64,000 nucleotides of DNA from NCBI RefSeq assembly GCF_009914755.1, contig NC_060940.1. The stretch is one strand, 5' to 3'. The translations under genes were made by a program, and so were the position numbers. Below, in pieces: positions 47,630-64,000 of this stretch (position 1 is the stretch's first letter; the number at the start of each line of letters is the position of its first letter). The notes beneath the pieces were generated by a model, which was not told the DNA's origin, ran no database searches, and worked only from the letters and a program-made list of their open reading frames with translations. This DNA comes from the human T2T-CHM13v2.0 reference genome, Homo sapiens.

Positions 47630-48503
47630 TGAGGATATAGAGAAAAAAAAAACCCAAACCAAACCAAAGCATTTTTGCTATTCTCTCACTCAACAATCAA
47701 CACAGTATAATTCTGTGAGGGATATGTCCCCACACACCAAGCAACCAACCAATTCTGTAGCAGACACCAACCAGCTGGGTGTCCTCTAATTCAGTTCAAT
47801 TCTGACACTACCTACCTGGATGGAGACCGCGTCAGATCCCATAGGTTGAGGGGTGAGTCCCACAAGACTAGCCTCCATTTTAGATACCAACCACAAGAAT
47901 CAGGTTGTTTTACCTGTAGTTCTAACCAACTGGCTATTAATCAGGGTTCCCATGACCCCCTCCTTAGGTTCTATTAATTTGCTAGACCAATTCACAGAAC
48001 TTAGAGGAACTTAGAGGAACACTTTACTTACATATACTGGTTTATTATAAAAGCATATTACAAAGGATACAGATGAAGCAATGCATAGGGCAAGGCATGT
48101 GGGAAGGGCACAGAGCTTCCATGCACTCTCTGGGGCACCATCATCCAGGAACCTCTCATGTCCACCTATCCAGAAGCTCCCCAATCCCAGTCTTTTGGAT
48201 TTTTATGGAAGCTTCATTACTTAGACATGACTAATTAAACCAGTGACGCTGGTGGTCATCAGCTCGTCTGCCTTCTCCTCTCCCCAGAGGTTGGACATTG
48301 GTTGAAGGTCCCAACCCTCTAATCCTGCCTGGGTCTTTCAAGTGACCAGCCCCCATGCTAAAGTTACTTAGGGGCTGCCAGCCATCAGTCAGCTCCTTAG
48401 CATATAAAAAGACACTAATCATTTTGGAGATTTCAAGGATTATAGGAGTCATATGCCACAGGAGACAGGGATGAAGGCCAAATATGTATTTTACAATATC
48501 ACA
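47630..48503 (-). mobile_element. Solo LTR, MER21 family
   Basis: Minus strand starts TGTGATATTGTAAAATACATATTTGG, similar to the MER21 consensus as recalled; near-TSD cttgcc/ctggcc. Confidence 0.7.
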
Positions 48504-48716
48504 CTGGCCATGTCAGAGTTCTGCAACACTGGTATTCCTACAATTAACATGCTGCCTCCCTGAGATTTCAAGGGTAGCTTTGCTTGTAAGCTATTTTGTC
48601 ATCTAGGCTCGCTTCAGAACCTAACCCACACCTCAAGTCATACTCCATCCTCCCTCCCCCCACCCTATATAACTCCACTTCAAGACCAAATTAAAAACAA
48701 AATAAAACAAAAAAAC

Positions 48717-49249
<533 letters not shown>

Positions 49250-49585
49250 CTAAACAGGCAACTGAGGAACTTACACTCATTCAGTAAAAGACATAAGGTT
49301 GGCACACAGCAATTTAAGGAAAAGTAAAACTAGGTTACAGGCCATAAGAGGCACTAAGCAGTTCAGAAAGGAAGACTAGAATAAGCATTGGGGAAGCTTA
49401 ATTTTCATAATGGCTGTGACGATGCACAGTGAAAAGTGGTGGAAATTTTAGGTATATGAAGAATAACCATCTTTAACTTGGAAATCACACAAATTTCACA
49501 TTCCAAATTTCAGAATACAGGGGGATTTTCATTTCTTGAAATAGTGGGCTAGGTAATTGAAACCAATTCTCCACCTCTGCACTAA

Positions 49586-49922
<337 letters not shown>

Positions 49923-50199
49923 TAGAAAAGCTAACAAGATAGTAAAGAATTTGGACACAATCTAGAAGGTGAAAACCAGAAATTAAGCCCAATATTCAAA
50001 ATGGATTTCATCCTGAGGACTTCTCTGACCTAAAAGCTAAAGTTTCAGTGCCTTTATGAGATAACAGAAACAAGTTCAAGCCAGGAGCCCATCCAGGGAG
50101 TGGAGTCTGACAACTACCTCCCTCTCCATCTTAATCTTGTGCCCAAAAGAACTACAGCTTCAAAGTAAAGGTGAACTGGGAAGTAAAACAGCAGGAATA

Positions 50200-50700
50200 A
50201 TGGACAACAGAAACAGACTCCCCCAAAGGGAATTCAGACAGTGGAATTAAACATAGAGATTATAAAAACAACTATACTTTCCATGTTTAAAGAAATAAAA
50301 TTAAGCCTCAAAATAGTAAGAAATAAAAAACTGTAAAAGTGTCACAAACCAAACAGAACTTCAGAAACTAAAAATTGCAATATATGATTTAAGATTTCAG
50401 AGGCCGAGTTTAATAACAATGGAAATAACTTGAGAATAAATTATCCAGAATGTACTACGAAAGAACAGAGTAAAAGACATAGAGAAAAGAGTGAAAAGGT
50501 TTAGTTAAATCGATAAAAAAAAAAAGAGAAACAATGGGAAGAAGCAATATATGCATATAAAATGGCTGAGAATTTTACAGAATTAATGAAAGACACTAAT
50601 CCACAGATTCAAGAAGTCTAATAAATACCAAACAAATTGAACAAAAACAAACCCATAGTTCCATAGAGCATAGTGGAAATACAGCAAACCAAACACAAAA
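50200..50700 (+). mobile_element. Degenerate old L1 (L1ME-like ORF1 region)
   Basis: A-rich; AATGGCTGAGAATTTT...AATTAATGAAAGACACTAATCCACAGATTCAAGAAG typical of L1 ORF1. Confidence 0.65.
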
Positions 50701-52091
50701 CAATCTTTTTTTTAAACTTGTCGATACTTGATTTTAGACAAAACAATCTTAACAACATATTCTATAGTAAAGAGTGAAACATAATATTTAAGAATGAAGA
50801 CAAAGTATGTTCAAAAGGTGACTAATGGTGAACACGTTGAAAATGCTTAATTTAGCTGCCATAAAGGCATAATTACACTATGACTGACCCTGTACGTACA
50901 TCGCACTTGTTACTTGATTTACCACATACGTGGTTTTCAATAGCTAAAGCAGCAGCTTGATTCTAACCAAGCATCACCATTCTTGGAAGATGAAAGTGAA
51001 GACTGATAATCAACTAAATGGTTTTGACACAATTATTCCTTTCTTATATCATGAAGCACTTCCCCACAGGGTAAGGACATGAAGACTTCAGTTGAGAAAG
51101 ATAATCGGGCAGCCTCTACTTTCAGATCCTTACAAATTGTTCGCAGGTCATCTAACTAAAAGACTGTAAAAGCTGCTGTCGGCTCAATACTTTGTATCAA
51201 AAAGGAGTCTACCCACTGATTCCCTTCAAATATTTCAGAAGGGTGCCTTCCATTTTATGGTGTCCCTGTGGACACATGAATACACCAAATAACTGATGAA
51301 TCGACAAATCTTATGTCACAGGTGGTAGGCAAGAGGTCATCGGGAATTCCGATCACCAGGCTCGCATCTGGCTTCTTGGGTCCCACTCCTGAACTAACCA
51401 GTCGGACTACCCGAGCGTGCGGGAGTCTGAGAAACTGCATTTTAAAAGGGCCCCAGGAGATCTTGTTTTCCACTAACATTAAAGAACCACGACTACGAAC
51501 AAACAGGTCTCCCCCTTTCCTCTGTGTGGACTGACAGTCACAAGGACCACCAACTCTCAAGCATGACGCTTCAACTCTCTTTGTTTCTTAAGTTTTCTGC
51601 AAAACGGGCCAGCTGGCTTGTTTTCCGTAATAGAAAATTCGCTTGGCACAGCAACTGGTACATGGCACACAATAAATGTGCTTCCCATCCTGCACTGCCA
51701 TTCTGGGATTCAACCATTTCCAACCAGACGCCGCACATCCGAGTGAGTAACCTGGACCTGTTCCAAGACCTCTGGAACGGAGCCTGCTACTCACTTGAAA
51801 CCTGGGTGGCCCTACCTAGCAGAAAATTGGGGAAACCCCATTAAACGCCCGGCAGTGTTGGGCCCGCCTGAAAGGGTCCTCGCCGCGACCCAGATGCCTT
51901 CCCGCGGGCACCCTCAGCTCCCCTCAGGCTGGGCCCGCAAGCCCCAGGCTTCGGCTACTCCGGACAAGGAGCAGGTGCGCGGACTGAGAACAGGCCTGGC
52001 CCTAACCCTAACAGCAGCCGCAGCTCATCTCTTCCGTAAGGAAGCTGGAACCCAGGTGTCGCCGCCAGGCCAGGACCGAGGCCGCACTCAC

Positions 52092-52390
52092 CTACCGGCG
52101 CGCGGGAGGCGAGACGACCTCACCTCGGCGGCGCCCACCCCAAACCGCCACCGCAGAGCCGCTCGCTCTTAAAAAAGAAAAAAAAATGAAAGGAAGAAAG
52201 AAAGAAACAGAGGAAGGAAGGAATGAAAGAAAGAAAAAAAAAAAGAAAATAGCCTTTGCTTTTGTATTTCTTTTGACCCTTCAGGGCTTCCTGTTCCTCA
52301 CCGCCACAATAGAGTCCCGCCCCACTTCCGGCGACGTAACCCAATCCGCGGAGCTCTTCCTCCCCGGGAGCCCGATGGAAATCCGGTACC
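52092..52390 (-). other. PSME3IP1: PSME3IP1 non-coding 5' exon region (alternative donors; start approximate)
   Basis: Minus-strand donors TAG|GTGAGT (intron starts 52091), GAG|GTGAGG (52123) and GCG|GTGAGG (52301) inside the CpG island; TSS not determinable from sequence. Confidence 0.65.
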
Positions 52391-52599
52391 CTGAAAACGA
52401 GCCGGAGAGACTTGATTGGGCCATTCACGCCTCAGGATGAGGACTGGCCAGTCTGCGCCTGGAGGGCGGGCCGGTCCCGCTGATCACGTGACACGATTTT
52501 TGAAAGGTGATTGGCTGTCAAGGAGAGGGCTTGCCACCGAGGAAGGGGCGTTTCCTAGGGGACTGAGGGAGGGCTGGGGCGGTACGAAGCGGGGGTGGG

Positions 52600-53056
52600 C
52601 TCTGCGCGTAATGGCAGCGCCGTGGCCTCGCGTCCATCTTTGCCGTTCTCTCGGACCTGTCACAAAGGAGTCGCGCCGCCGCCGCCGCCCCCTCCCTCCG
52701 GTGGGCCCGGGAGGTAGAGAAAGTCAGTGCCACAGCCCGACCGCGCTGCTCTGAGCCCTGGGCACGCGGAACGGGAGGGAGTCTGAGGGTTGGGGACGTC
52801 TGTGAGGGAGGGGAACAGCCGCTCGAGCCTGGGGCGGGCGGACCGGACTGGGGCCGGGGTAGGCTCTGGAAAGGGCCCGGGAGAGAGGTGGCGTTGGTCA
52901 GAACCTGAGAAACAGCCGAGAGGTTTTCCACCGAGGCCCGCGCTTGAGGGATCTGAAGAGGTTCCTAGAAGAGGGTGTTCCCTCTTTCGGGGGTCCTCAC
53001 CAGAAGAGGTTCTTGGGGGTCGCCCTTCTGAGGAGGCTGCGGCTAACAGGGCCCAG
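52600..53056 (+). other. RSPRY1: Non-coding first exon region of the divergent gene (RSPRY1 by synteny); intron 1 fills the rest of the window
   Basis: Plus-strand donors AA|GTCAGT (52723) and CAG|GTGAGA (53057) at the island edge; identity rests on the recalled gene order CPNE2-PSME3IP1-RSPRY1, as there is no coding sequence in the window. Confidence 0.6.
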
Positions 53057-54476
53057 GTGAGAGGCAGCTATCTATCTCCTGGGGTGGCTCCTGGTACCGA
53101 TGGGGTCCTGACCTACTCAGGGGTGCCCGGGATAGAAAGGGTAGATGAAGGGACGCTTTAGGAGGGTTCTTTTTGTGGAGTTTACGGTCTAGGTGGCACG
53201 GATGAGGCATACCTCCCCGGGGAGATTTAGAAACGCCTTGGGATAGAAAGAGAATGGGGCTAGGAAGCAGGAGCTAGAACTAGCGGAATGTCCTACTACG
53301 GAAGCCGGAGCTGAAAATTGGGTAAGGACCTTGGGGAGAGGGGATTTCTGGGCGGTGATGGGAAGAAGACACCTCCATCCACAGGAAAGCCAGAGTGGGG
53401 AGTAGTGAAAGGGAAACGGGAATTATTCCCTCTCTCTGTAGATCGACCAGGTGTCCCAGACACAGGATCCAACTGCTTCCGGGCTTATTGCCCGAGTGGG
53501 GTGGGGAGAGTCTATCCCACCAACACCCCTTGCGTGAGTCCAAATTAGGCATTTGTCTCTCCTGCTGCCTCACTTTCCCCGTCTTTGGGGAGGGAAACCG
53601 ACTGAGACCGAGGCGGTCGGCTGAGACTCCGAGGTCCTGTCTTGTATAGTTCTCTGAGAGAGGTTGCTCCCCCTGGAGTGTTGTACTTTGAACTTTGAAG
53701 GGTTAGAAGTGTCTGTTATCGACTGAGTAGAATCCCGCAGTTTTCCAGGCCCTTTACCTACCATCTGTTCTTGCTTAGTGGAGTGACTTAACCTCCTTAA
53801 GTCTCTACTGTAAAATAACCAGCGCAGTATGTGAAAGTACAAATTACAAGCTGCGTGAACGTAAGTTAGTGTGATTCTACCACCAAACGGGTTGCTGTTG
53901 AGGAATAAAAGTGAAGGCACTTTCTAAAATGTAAAGTAGTATGTAGAGGTAAGGGGTGGGATTAATACAGTCGTTGTCTGTCACCTGCGGAGTGCTGGGA
54001 GCCATATTGTACTGAAAGCTTCAAGGTTCACAGCTTCTTAGGTCATATTAAGATCTAAACCCATGGTTTCAAACCCTGCTTAGATGGGGATGGTGGGATT
54101 TCCAGCTTTTGCTCTCAGAGTTTTCATTTACTTTGAACTTCTTATGGTGCTGGCAGGAGTTACCACTGTAATATCTTTTCCTTCAGGAATTATTTTCCCC
54201 TAACAGCTGAAATTTTCCTCTAAGTAATTTGATCTCAACATTGTAAACCTCCTCCCCCTTTTGCATATATATATGCATGGCTTTTGGATGTCTACAGGCA
54301 GTGAATATCATACTTTCTCCCTCAGTTGTGATTTGTAAAGACTGCCTTTTTTCCTCCACGAATACTATGCGTTGTTGTGGTAGCCCTAGACTATAGATTA
54401 TGAGGCATGTTGGAAGTTGCTTTTAAATTTCTCTTGCACAGTGGTTCTCTTTATTTTTCCCCTTATGTGGACTTTG

Positions 54477-54740
54477 CATTTCCTGGGATGGTATCTTGCT
54501 TTGTAGATCCCTCTATGAGATTGTAAGAGACTTGTGTCCCTGTATGACATTTTACTAGTGTTTGGTTCGTCGTACTTGTTAGAGATGGTTTTCCAAATAT
54601 CGGGCAATCATTTCCTGGGATGGTATCTTGCTTTGTAGATCCCTCTATGAGATTGTAAGAGACTTGTGTCCCTGTATGACATTTTACTAGTGTTTGGTTC
54701 GTCGTACTTGTTAGAGATGGTTTTCCAAATATCGGGCAAT
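54477..54740. repeat. Perfect 2 x 132-bp tandem duplication
   Basis: 54477-54608 and 54609-54740 identical by direct comparison. Confidence 0.97.
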
Positions 54741-54770
54741 TTATATGGGATTTTTTCCGAAGTAATTTAG

Positions 54771-56166
<1,396 letters not shown>

Positions 56167-56360
56167 TCGTGAGCTTAATTTAGTCTGTTGAGAATTGTAT
56201 ATGCTTTCCTTAACAATGAAGTAATTTGTTCTAATGAAGTGGGAAATCCCTTTGCATCTTTTTAAATACAGCTTTCTTTCACACTCTATATAGTTTGGAG
56301 AAAATGTTAGGAATTCTTGAAGGTAGTAATCACTATTACACTACTTAAGATTGGAAGTTA

Positions 56361-56645
<285 letters not shown>

Positions 56646-58984
56646 AGGAAATGTTCTGTATTTTTTAGTAGGATACTTGTAAAGTGGGGTGTGATAGTCT
56701 CAGGATTGCAAAATAAGTGGAAAGTCAGTAGTCACCACAAATGGGAAACACAGTGGAACCAGCAATCTATTTCAAAAGAATTATTTGGGGATAATAAACT
56801 ATGGATTTAGCTTCTCTTCAAGCTTTTGGCATTTTCAAGGCAGTTATCATTGAATTTGGGTAGTTTTTTCCCTGATATTCAAATTAGAAAATTGAAAAGC
56901 AGAATAATCACGAAGTAGTAAATGCCGTAACTTGGGCAACAGCCTTTTGGAGGGGACTTTTACAACTTTTAGAAGTGCAAAGGAGTGAATATTTCCCTTT
57001 GGTTTATCATTCAGTAAGTCAGCTTTTGAAATCCTTTTCTTGCCAACCTTTGTGAGTAGAGAAAACATACAAATGTGTCCATTCCAAAAGGGAGTGGTTG
57101 CTGGTTAAATATGTAAAAGTAGTAACTTTAGATAAATGTGTGGTATATACAAGGTTAAATCAGGAAAAGTTATCTTATAAATAGTGGTGGCCTCTTAGAG
57201 AACATTCCGCTTTGTTTCTGAGCTTTTGAAAACTGAGAATACATTTGAAATAGTAAGGAATTTATGTACTCCTTAAATTTGTTAAGGAATGAACTCTGCA
57301 CATAGCTTTCTTGTTGCTTGAAATTATAGTTTCCAGGCGTAATTTCATAGGTCCTATGTACCTCAAATAGAAGGTTTGAAATACCTTACTCAGCAAGTAT
57401 ATTACCTCATAGTTTAATGTTCAGTGTTAGTTTTTTCTTACCCCTCTACCTCCTGAAGAATTGTTTTCGCTCTTGTGTTCCCTTAATGCAGTGATTCTCA
57501 AGATGTGGTTTCTGCCCAGTCCCTCCACATGGGAAATATAGCACTGTTTGTTTGTTTTTTTAAGTTTTTATTGCTTCATAGTTGTTCATACTTAGGTATG
57601 CCTAAGGGCTACTTATTAATAACCTACCAAGTGAATTACTAAGGATTACTAAAACATGGTATTCATAACCTAAAACTAGAACAATATTGGAGTTTACTGT
57701 GGTCTCTTAATACTTTTTTCGCCCAGGAAGTCTGTCCTGGGAAACCTGGCACCAATACAAGCTTCTCACATGTCATATGCAGAATGGGGATTCCTGCAGT
57801 ATTCAGGAAGTATGCTTAGTTTGGGGTGCATCATCTGAATTGTCTCAAAATAATGTCAGTTTTCATCATGATTCCTCTTTTTTTATTAGAATTTTTATTT
57901 AACTTCATCTTTATCAATTTAATTTATAGGTTTTTTTGTTTACTTTTCATTGTGTGGGCAGGAATATTTATACCAACAATATTTTGGCTTATAATGTAAG
58001 ACATAAATGTGTTACAATGCAAAGATAGATTCTCTAGTCCCCTTTTGCTATTGCTGATTTGTATAGTCACCTAAAAACTTGCTCACACAGAGGTACTTCA
58101 GTGTTACCAAAGTTCCTTTTACACTGGAAAACTGATGGAACAAGAGGCCTCCTTCTAGTAGATGCTTTATCTGTAGTCTTTGGGTAGGGAGCTAAGTTTG
58201 TCCCTAACCCCAGCTCCCTTTGTCAGGAGCATGAGGGACCTTTTTCCGTCTTTCCTCACTGCCTGCCATATAAGCATTGGATATATAGTTATTGAATGGT
58301 GTTGTCTCAGTTTTTCAAAATGGTAAATATTTTGGAGAGACTTTATGTTACAGATTTTAGAATAAATTCACCTAAGATATTTATTGAATACATATTAGGG
58401 TCTAATAAGTATCCAAATGAGTATGCAGTATGAGTGTTTTAGACATCATTTAAAGTAGACATCATTAAGGAAAATGTTGATATTCATGCTGCTTATATAT
58501 TTTATTTGCTTTTCTTAAGAGCAGAGAGTTTTCTGTAATAGAAAAATCCTTTTCCTTCAGATTTGTGTATATTTGAATAACACATGATCTCCTATTATTT
58601 GGCCTCCTGGGGGGAAAACCACAAGTACTACGGAATATTACATTTGTTTTTCTTCCCTGTACTGCAACCGTCATAAGCATTTACCTCAATTCTTCCTTAG
58701 TATTTTTTGGGAGTCCAAGGCAAATTTTTCAATCCTTAAGATTTCAGGCAGGGATTATTTACTTCCCCTTTTTTACTATTATTTGCTTCCGGAAATTCCT
58801 TACTCTATCCTAGGCCTAAATTTTATTTTTTAGTAAATTCTTTGAATGCTGAAAGGATTTGTCTTTTCTCCTTTGTACCATTTTAGGTCAGGACTATATT
58901 CTGTAATTCTTTCTGACCACAGATGCACTGCTACTAGGTTAAAAAAGCTCTCAACTTTTTAGAGGAAGGTTTTTCCAGAGACTC

Positions 58985-59952
<968 letters not shown>

Positions 59953-60061
59953 AAGCAAATATGTTTCTAGATAATGTTCTCTATCTTGATAGGGTTTGAG
60001 TCACAGGTATATGCATTTGATAAAACTCAGCACGTTACTGTGCTTAAGATTTGCACATTTC

Positions 60062-60354
60062 AGCCGGGTGCGGTGGCTCACGCCTGTAATCCCAGCACTT
60101 TGGGAGGCCGAGGTGGACAGATCATTTGAGGTCAGGAGTTTGAGACCAGCCTAGCCCACATGGTGAAACCCCATCTCTACTGAAAACACAAACATTAGCT
60201 GGGTGTGGTGGCATGTGCCAATAATCCCAGCTACTCAGGAGGCTGAGGCAGGAGAATTACTTGAACCCGGGAGACAGAGTTTGTGGTAAACTGGGATCAC
60301 ACCAGTGCACTCCATCCTGGGCAACAGAATGAGATTCCGTTTAAAAAAAAAAAA
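60062..60354 (+). mobile_element. AluS inserted in an L1M 3' remnant
   Basis: TSD aagatttgcacatttcag. Confidence 0.9.
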
Positions 60355-60529
60355 GATTTGCACATTTCAGTGTATGTAAATTCGACTCCTAAAAACTTGA
60401 AGTTTATTGAAGTCTAATTAGTGATATGCATGCTGAATTATTTAAGAGAAAGTATACTGATGCCTATAGTTTACTTTGAAATATGTAAAAAAAACTGAAT
60501 GGATTAATGATGGATAAGAGATGGATAGC

Positions 60530-60625
60530 GATAAAGCAAGTTTAGTAAAATGTTAGTAGTAGAGTCTAGGTGGTGGGGATAAAGCAAGTTTAGTAAAATG
60601 TTAGTAGTAGAATCTAGGTGGTGGG
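60530..60625. repeat. 2 x 48-bp tandem duplication (1 mismatch)
   Basis: gataaagcaagtttagtaaaatgttagtagtaga(g/a)tctaggtggtggg twice. Confidence 0.93.
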
Positions 60626-61413
60626 TATATAGTTCACAGTTTACAGTGAACTCTAATTCAATTTTCTGTATGTTTGGAAAATTTCATAATAAAATATTGG
60701 GAGTGGGGAGTAAATGTGATGATAGAAGCTATCTCTTTAACACACTTAGGGAAAAATCCGAAAACATTTTCTAATGAGAGAACATCATTAAAATTTTCAG
60801 GATGTTACACATTTTGCTATTCATGCTATTTGACTTAGCCTTTGTGGGGGAGGGTTGGAAAAAAAGTCACATCCTCTAACACTATTTTGGAATGATAAGG
60901 TGAAGATTATAACAATAGTAATTTAGTGCCCAAAGTCTGGTTTTTCTTCTTTATGGTCACTCTTGTAATCAGCTTTTCCTTCCTAGGCAGTGTAATTCTG
61001 CAGTCCTATTTTCAAAGAAAAGAAAGTGTTCTTTCTCACTGATCTGTACTATGGCTGAATGCAAGCAAATATTTGAAGAGATGAATCATTGATTCCTGGA
61101 CCATTTGTCAGAGAGGGTTAGACTAGTTGGCCAGATGTCTCCATGGTGAGCTGTTTATGATGGTAGAGGTCTGTGTTTTATAAAGACAGTGAGTACCAGA
61201 ACCTTACTGCTTTAACACCAAGCTTACCAAGACCCTAAGTTTGATTATTTTTTTTTGTCTCAGAGCAGCTTTAAAAAAATATAAAGCGTTAGGTGCTTCA
61301 TTTACCCCCAAGAAAAATGAAAAAACATGTAAAATGTAAAAATCTAATAAATAATATAGAAATGGAGAGAATAGTCTTTAGTTTCTTTTTTAAAAAGGCA
61401 AGAATCAAAATTA

Positions 61414-62330
<917 letters not shown>

Positions 62331-62724
62331 AGGTATTACAGATGTGTTGCCTTTATATAATCTCATCTTACTCATTTTCTATTCCGTTCAGTCTCTTAAC
62401 CCTTGATGATATCCTTAAGCAGCGTATCATTTAGGTTCATTTTGATGCTTCGTAAGATGGACCTCATGGGAAATATATGGAGCCATTTTTTCCTTTGTGT
62501 TGATATGTACTGTACATGTCACTTATGGATATAACCATTCTAATGGCTTTTTAGGCTGACCTCTCCAAAAGACTGCATTCAAAGATAGTCTCAGTTCATT
62601 TTACTGGACAAGGAAATTAACATTTTTGACCCAAGAAGAAATGCCCTTTAGTATTTCAGTTTGCCCCCTAGTTCAGTCGGTGTGTCCTTCCTGCTGTGCC
62701 AGGTTCTGTGGTAGGTTCTATACA

Positions 62725-62880
62725 CAGTGATTTCCAAATGTGGCTGCCATCAGAGTCACTTGGGGAGCTTTTAAGAAAACACAAGCTTGGGCCGGCATCC
62801 CAGAAATTCTGATTCTGGCTATTCGTAGTGGGACCAGGGATTTGCATTTTAATAAGTACTCTAAGTGATTCTAATGCCGT
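62725..62880. mobile_element. MER5A-like hAT-Charlie MITE remnant (similar remnants near 31815-31985, 33950-34080, 51340-51495)
   Basis: CATCAGAGTCACTTGGGGAGCTTTT...GATTTGCATTTTAATAAG...GTGATTCTAATG pattern. Confidence 0.6.
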
Positions 62881-64000
62881 CTATGGGATGATCAAGCTAC
62901 AATCCCTCCCAAGATTCTCTGTCTGAAAATATAGGTAAGTATAGGTTATAGATAAGTAAAAATTACTTCAGTACGGGGTAGTTCTGTAAAAGATAAATTC
63001 TTTACTTTTCTTAGTGCTTTTAACTCAAGTTTTACTCCAGAATCCCTCTCCCCCAGGTAATTTAGTTATTTCTGATTAGATATGTGCTCATTTTGTAACA
63101 TCTTGCATTTTTTTGATCCAGTTTAAATGTTAGGCACTGTGCCATGCGTATTACATGCATTATTTCATTTAATCCCCACAGTGGTACTGTGAGATAAGAA
63201 CTGTTACTATGTCTGTTTTTTAACATGTGTCAAGAGTCAGGTTAATTAGGACGTGTATCAGTAAATATTGCAGGGCTGGGACTTTCACCTAGTCTGACAA
63301 CAGAGTGTGTACTGTGCTATGGTGGCTTCTGGTATTGTGTGTAAAATCTGTAAGCTCAGTTTTATTGTCTTAAAGCAGTGGTCCTTGGAAAGTGGGCCAC
63401 GTAAAGCTTTTTTTGAATGGATGAAACAAAAAATTGTCTAAAGTGTAATTGATTAGCTTTCACCCAGTCTTTTGCCTGCAGTCCATCACTTCTCTGTAAA
63501 AAAAAAATACCATGAATGACAGCCATTTCCAGTTTAAAACCTATAGGTTTTCAGTGCCAGATAAATCTGAAAGATCATCTACTTTGTTCATTTATGTGCC
63601 CTGTCTGTGGCTGTAGCCCTCAAGAGTACTCTGTGTAGTCATCTCAGAAAGTATTTAGAGGTAACAGCTCTTGATTTTTCCTTGTACGTTTCATAGGCTT
63701 GCCTTTATAAAATGCCTTCCAGCTTCTTCCACCTGATTAACCTCTTCTTTACACTTGGTTTTCACAGATGGTCCTTTTTATTTAAAAAAAAAAAGTCTGG
63801 CTTTAAAGTATTTACAGTTTTTTTAAAAGCCTCATTTTCTTCTCTGACAAATTTTATAGTTGACATTTTCTGGGTCATTTAAGGAAAATTGCTCTTTTGG
63901 AAGAAACTGACTCAAAACACACTTTAGTTCAATTTGGAAAAAAACTTAATTTTTGTCTTCTTACCTTCGTATTTAGTCAGTTTTTGTTTTTTGTTTTTGT

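Larger units (their letters stand above)
51840..53300. promoter_or_regulatory. CpG island / bidirectional promoter for PSME3IP1 (-) and RSPRY1 (+)
   Basis: High CpG and GC content; ETS/GABP CACTTCCGG 52323-52331; CCAAT boxes (52341 on +, about 52415 and 52510 on -); GC boxes; E-box TCACGTGA 52484-52491; YY1-like AATGGC and CCATCTT; divergent splice donors. Confidence 0.88.

Overview
Human (primate) genomic DNA, rich in Alu, L1, L2 and MIR repeats. The gene order matches what I recall for chr16q13. The window holds (i) the last four coding exons and 3'UTR of copine-2 (CPNE2, + strand, C-terminal vWA domain). It holds (ii) the complete PSME3IP1/FAM192A/PIP30 gene on the - strand, whose six coding exons join into a 765-nt ORF (254 aa + stop) and converge on CPNE2. 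It holds (iii) a CpG-island bidirectional promoter shared with a + strand gene, RSPRY1 by synteny, of which only non-coding exon 1 and intron 1 lie in the window. Almost all ORFs in the supplied track are spurious or Alu-derived. The most interesting structure is PSME3IP1 intron 4, a minor-spliceosome AT-AC (U12) intron. A candidate GT-AG (U2) intron is nested inside it, and using it would turn the U12 branch point into an in-frame stop codon (a twintron-like NMD switch, hypothetical). The same intron carries a TSD-flanked 35-nt U2 snRNA retro-fragment and one arm of a ~96-bp non-Alu + Alu inverted duplication that brackets exon 5. Also present are a human-specific 5'-truncated AluYb8, a perfect 132-bp tandem duplication, solo LTR8 and MER21 LTRs, and several template-switch-like micro-repeats.
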